A DNA stretch of 48,178 bases from Clostridiales bacterium UBA1740 (GTDB taxonomy: Bacteria > Bacillota > Clostridia > Oscillospirales > CAG-272). The notes under the pieces were generated by a model. It was not told the DNA's origin. It worked only from the letters and a program-made list of their open reading frames with translations, and did no database searches. Positions 46,072-48,178 of the stretch are shown here, one piece after another. The position numbers and the translations under genes were made by a program. Numbering within the stretch: the first letter of the stretch is position 1; each line of letters begins with the position of its first letter. The stretch is from positions 1 to 48,178 of the forward strand of contig DCHY01000029.1 in the NCBI GenBank assembly GCA_002315715.1. Reading direction: 5' to 3'.

Positions 46072-47955
46072 TTACATTAAACCTGCCACCAAATCCGCAA
46101 ACTCAGTGGGATTGTCGATGGACAGACCGTTGATGAGGCGCGCTTCCGCAAAGAGAATCTTCGCATAACTTGCGAGTTTATCTTTATCGCTTTCGTAAAG
46201 CGCTTTGAGCTTTTCGGCAATCGGGTGCTCTCGGTTGATTTCAAGAACCGTTTGTGCCTTCGCCATACCGTCGGAACCCGGCATCTTGTTTAACGTCTTT
46301 TCCATTTCGACGGACAGTTCACCTTCCGAGGAAAGCGAAACGGGATGGTCCTTGAGCGATGCGGAGAAACGCACGGCAAACACTTTGTCGCCGAGTTGTT
46401 CTTTCATATATTTGAGCATCTCTTCGGCAGCTTTGTTGTCGTCCTCGACCGCTTTTTTCTCTTCCTCGGTTTCAAGGAGCGATGCGTCGGCGGTGACGTT
46501 CTTAAAGTCTTTATCATCGTATTTGCCAAGCATCTTGAGGGCAAATTCGTCGATATCGTCGGTGAGATAGAGAACTTCGTATCCGCGTGCCTTGGCGTTT
46601 TCCACCTGCGGTAAACGGTCGATCTTTTCAATCGATTCGCCCGCAGCGTAGAGGATGGAAGTCTGTCCTTCCTTAAGCGTCTCGGTGTATTCTTTGAGAG
46701 TCTTAAGTTTGTTGCCTTCGGCAGAAGTTTTGAACATCACGAGGTCTTTGAGCACGTCCTTGTGCATACCGTAGTCGGCGTACAGACCGTATTTGAGTTG
46801 CAAACCAAATGCGCCAAAGAGTTTTTCGTAATTCTCTCTGTCGTCCTTTTGCATTTTTTCAAGTTCCGATTTGATCTTCTTTTCAATGGCTTTTGCCATC
46901 ACTTTCAATTGACGGTCGTGCTGCAGCATCTCACGGGAAATGTTGAGAGACAGGTCGGAGGAATCTACGAGACCCTTGACGAAACTGAAGTAGTCGGGCA
47001 AAAGATCGGCGCATTTTTCCATAATCATGACGCCGCCGGAATACAGTTCAAGTCCTTTTTCGTATTCTTTCGTGTAGTAGTTAAAAGGCGTGTGCGCCGG
47101 GAAGAAGAGAAGAGCGGTATACGTTGCGGTACCTTCGGATTTTTGCGTGACCACTTTGATAGGTGCTTCGTAATCGAAGAATTTTTCGGAATAGAAACGG
47201 TTGTATTCTTCCGCCGTGACGTCCGCCTGATTCTTCTTCCAAAGGGGAACCATGCTGTTGAGGGTTTCGACTTCTTTGACGGTTTCGTACTCGTCTTTGG
47301 TACCCTCTTTGAGTTTTTCGTTTTCCACTTCCATTTTAATAGGATAGCGGATATAGTCGGAGTATTTCTTGACAAGGCTCTGAAGACGGAAACTCTCGAG
47401 ATATTCGGAATATTTTTCGTCCTCGGTGTCGGGTTTAATATGAAGCACGATATCGGTACCGACGGTGTCTTTGTCGCTTTCGCTCACCGTGTAGCCGTCG
47501 ATCCCTTCGGATTCCCATACGTGGGCTTTGTCTTCTCCGAAAGCCTTTGACGTGACGGTAATCTTGTCCGCCACCATAAACGCGGAATAGAAACCGACGC
47601 CGAATTGACCGATGATGTCTACGCCGTCTTTTCCGGCATTTTCGCGTTTGAAATCAAAAGAACCGCTCTTGGCGATGGTGCCGAGGTTGTTCTCAAGGTC
47701 GTCCTCGGTCATGCCGCAACCGTTATCCGAAACGGTAAGGGTTCTTTCTTCCTTGTCAACGGTAAGGCGGATTTCATAGTCGCCTTGCGCCATCCCGACG
47801 GTACTGTCCGTCAGAGAGCGGAAATAGAGTTTGTCGCAAGCATCGCTGGCGTTGGAAATCAGCTCGCGCAGAAAGATTTCTTTGTGCGTATATATGGAGT
47901 TGATCATCATGTCGAGGAGCTTTTGCGATTCGGTTTTGAATTGCTTTTTTTTCAT
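46072..47955 (-). CDS. htpG: Molecular chaperone HtpG (Hsp90)
   Basis: IYTHKEIFLRELISNASDA, DNGCGM, IGQFGVGFYSAF, LSLNISRE. Confidence 0.97.
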   Translation of the reverse strand: MKKKQFKTESQKLLDMMINSIYTHKEIFLRELISNASDACDKLYFRSLTDSTVGMAQGDYEIRLTVDKEERTLTVSDNGCGMTEDDLENNLGTIAKSGSFDFKRENAGKDGVDIIGQFGVGFYSAFMVADKITVTSKAFGEDKAHVWESEGIDGYTVSESDKDTVGTDIVLHIKPDTEDEKYSEYLESFRLQSLVKKYSDYIRYPIKMEVENEKLKEGTKDEYETVKEVETLNSMVPLWKKNQADVTAEEYNRFYSEKFFDYEAPIKVVTQKSEGTATYTALLFFPAHTPFNYYTKEYEKGLELYSGGVMIMEKCADLLPDYFSFVKGLVDSSDLSLNISREMLQHDRQLKVMAKAIEKKIKSELEKMQKDDRENYEKLFGAFGLQLKYGLYADYGMHKDVLKDLVMFKTSAEGNKLKTLKEYTETLKEGQTSILYAAGESIEKIDRLPQVENAKARGYEVLYLTDDIDEFALKMLGKYDDKDFKNVTADASLLETEEEKKAVEDDNKAAEEMLKYMKEQLGDKVFAVRFSASLKDHPVSLSSEGELSVEMEKTLNKMPGSDGMAKAQTVLEINREHPIAEKLKALYESDKDKLASYAKILFAEARLINGLSIDNPTEFADLVAGLM

Positions 47956-47990
47956 GAAAAATCACCTGCTTTGTATTATTTTGTCAAGTT

Positions 47991-48017
47991 TTGGCACTTG
48001 ACCTCCTTGAGTGCTAA
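47991..48017 (-). promoter_or_regulatory. CIRCE (HrcA operator) upstream of htpG
   Basis: Minus strand TTAGCACTC-AAGGAGGTC-AAGTGCCAA against consensus TTAGCACTC-N9-GAGTGCTAA (2 mismatches). Confidence 0.9.
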
Positions 48018-48020
48018 TCC

Positions 48021-48049
48021 ATTATAGCACCACACGCTCGGGAAGTCAA
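48021..48049 (-). promoter_or_regulatory. SigmaA promoter of htpG
   Basis: Minus strand TTGACT-17-TATAAT with TG extension, 3 nt upstream of the CIRCE. Confidence 0.8.
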
Positions 48050-48079
48050 GCGTTCTCAAAACAATTCACAAATTAACCG

Positions 48080-48160
48080 AAAAAAGTTTGTAAAAAAATC
48101 AAAAAAATACGAAAAAAATTGAAAAAAACACTTGACATTCAAGGGGCAAAGTAGTATAAT
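48080..48160 (+). promoter_or_regulatory. Strong sigmaA promoter with phased A-tracts, transcribing out of the window
   Basis: Perfect TTGACA(48132)-17-TATAAT(48155), preceded by five A-tracts about 10 nt apart. Confidence 0.85.
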
Positions 48161-48178
48161 GGTCAAGCACCGCTCAAG

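Overview
Core chromosomal segment of a Clostridia-like (Bacillota) bacterium with sporulation genes; the lineage is inferred from gene content. From left to right it holds: a 5'-truncated class III ribonucleotide reductase (nrdD) with a fused C-terminal CxxC redoxin, followed by trxB; nadE; an acyltransferase; an Fe-S aldo/keto reductase; an Amidase_6 protein; a DMT transporter / heparinase II-like lyase / ECF S-component unit; a transglutaminase-like lipoprotein; a complete but diverged spoIIIAA-AH operon divergent from abrB; kdgK; tRNA-Thr(GGT); an M16 peptidase; a PrsA-like lipoprotein; hprK; a SPOCS/LysM coat protein; polA; the S10-spc-alpha ribosomal cluster (rpsJ to rplQ, without map); htpG with a CIRCE; and a consensus sigmaA promoter running off the right end. 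I found no transposase, integrase, prophage or CRISPR-Cas. The most notable items are (1) a redoxin-type NrdD with its own fused redoxin, in an operon with a TrxB that lacks the NADPH-specifying arginines; (2) an array of five different hairpins joined by a constant ATGAKAT linker, next to REP-like palindromes between rplQ and htpG; (3) a minimal SpoIIIAG missing most of its channel-forming insertion; and (4) an orphan heparinase II-like lyase with no signal peptide. All calls come from reading motifs by eye; no searches were run.
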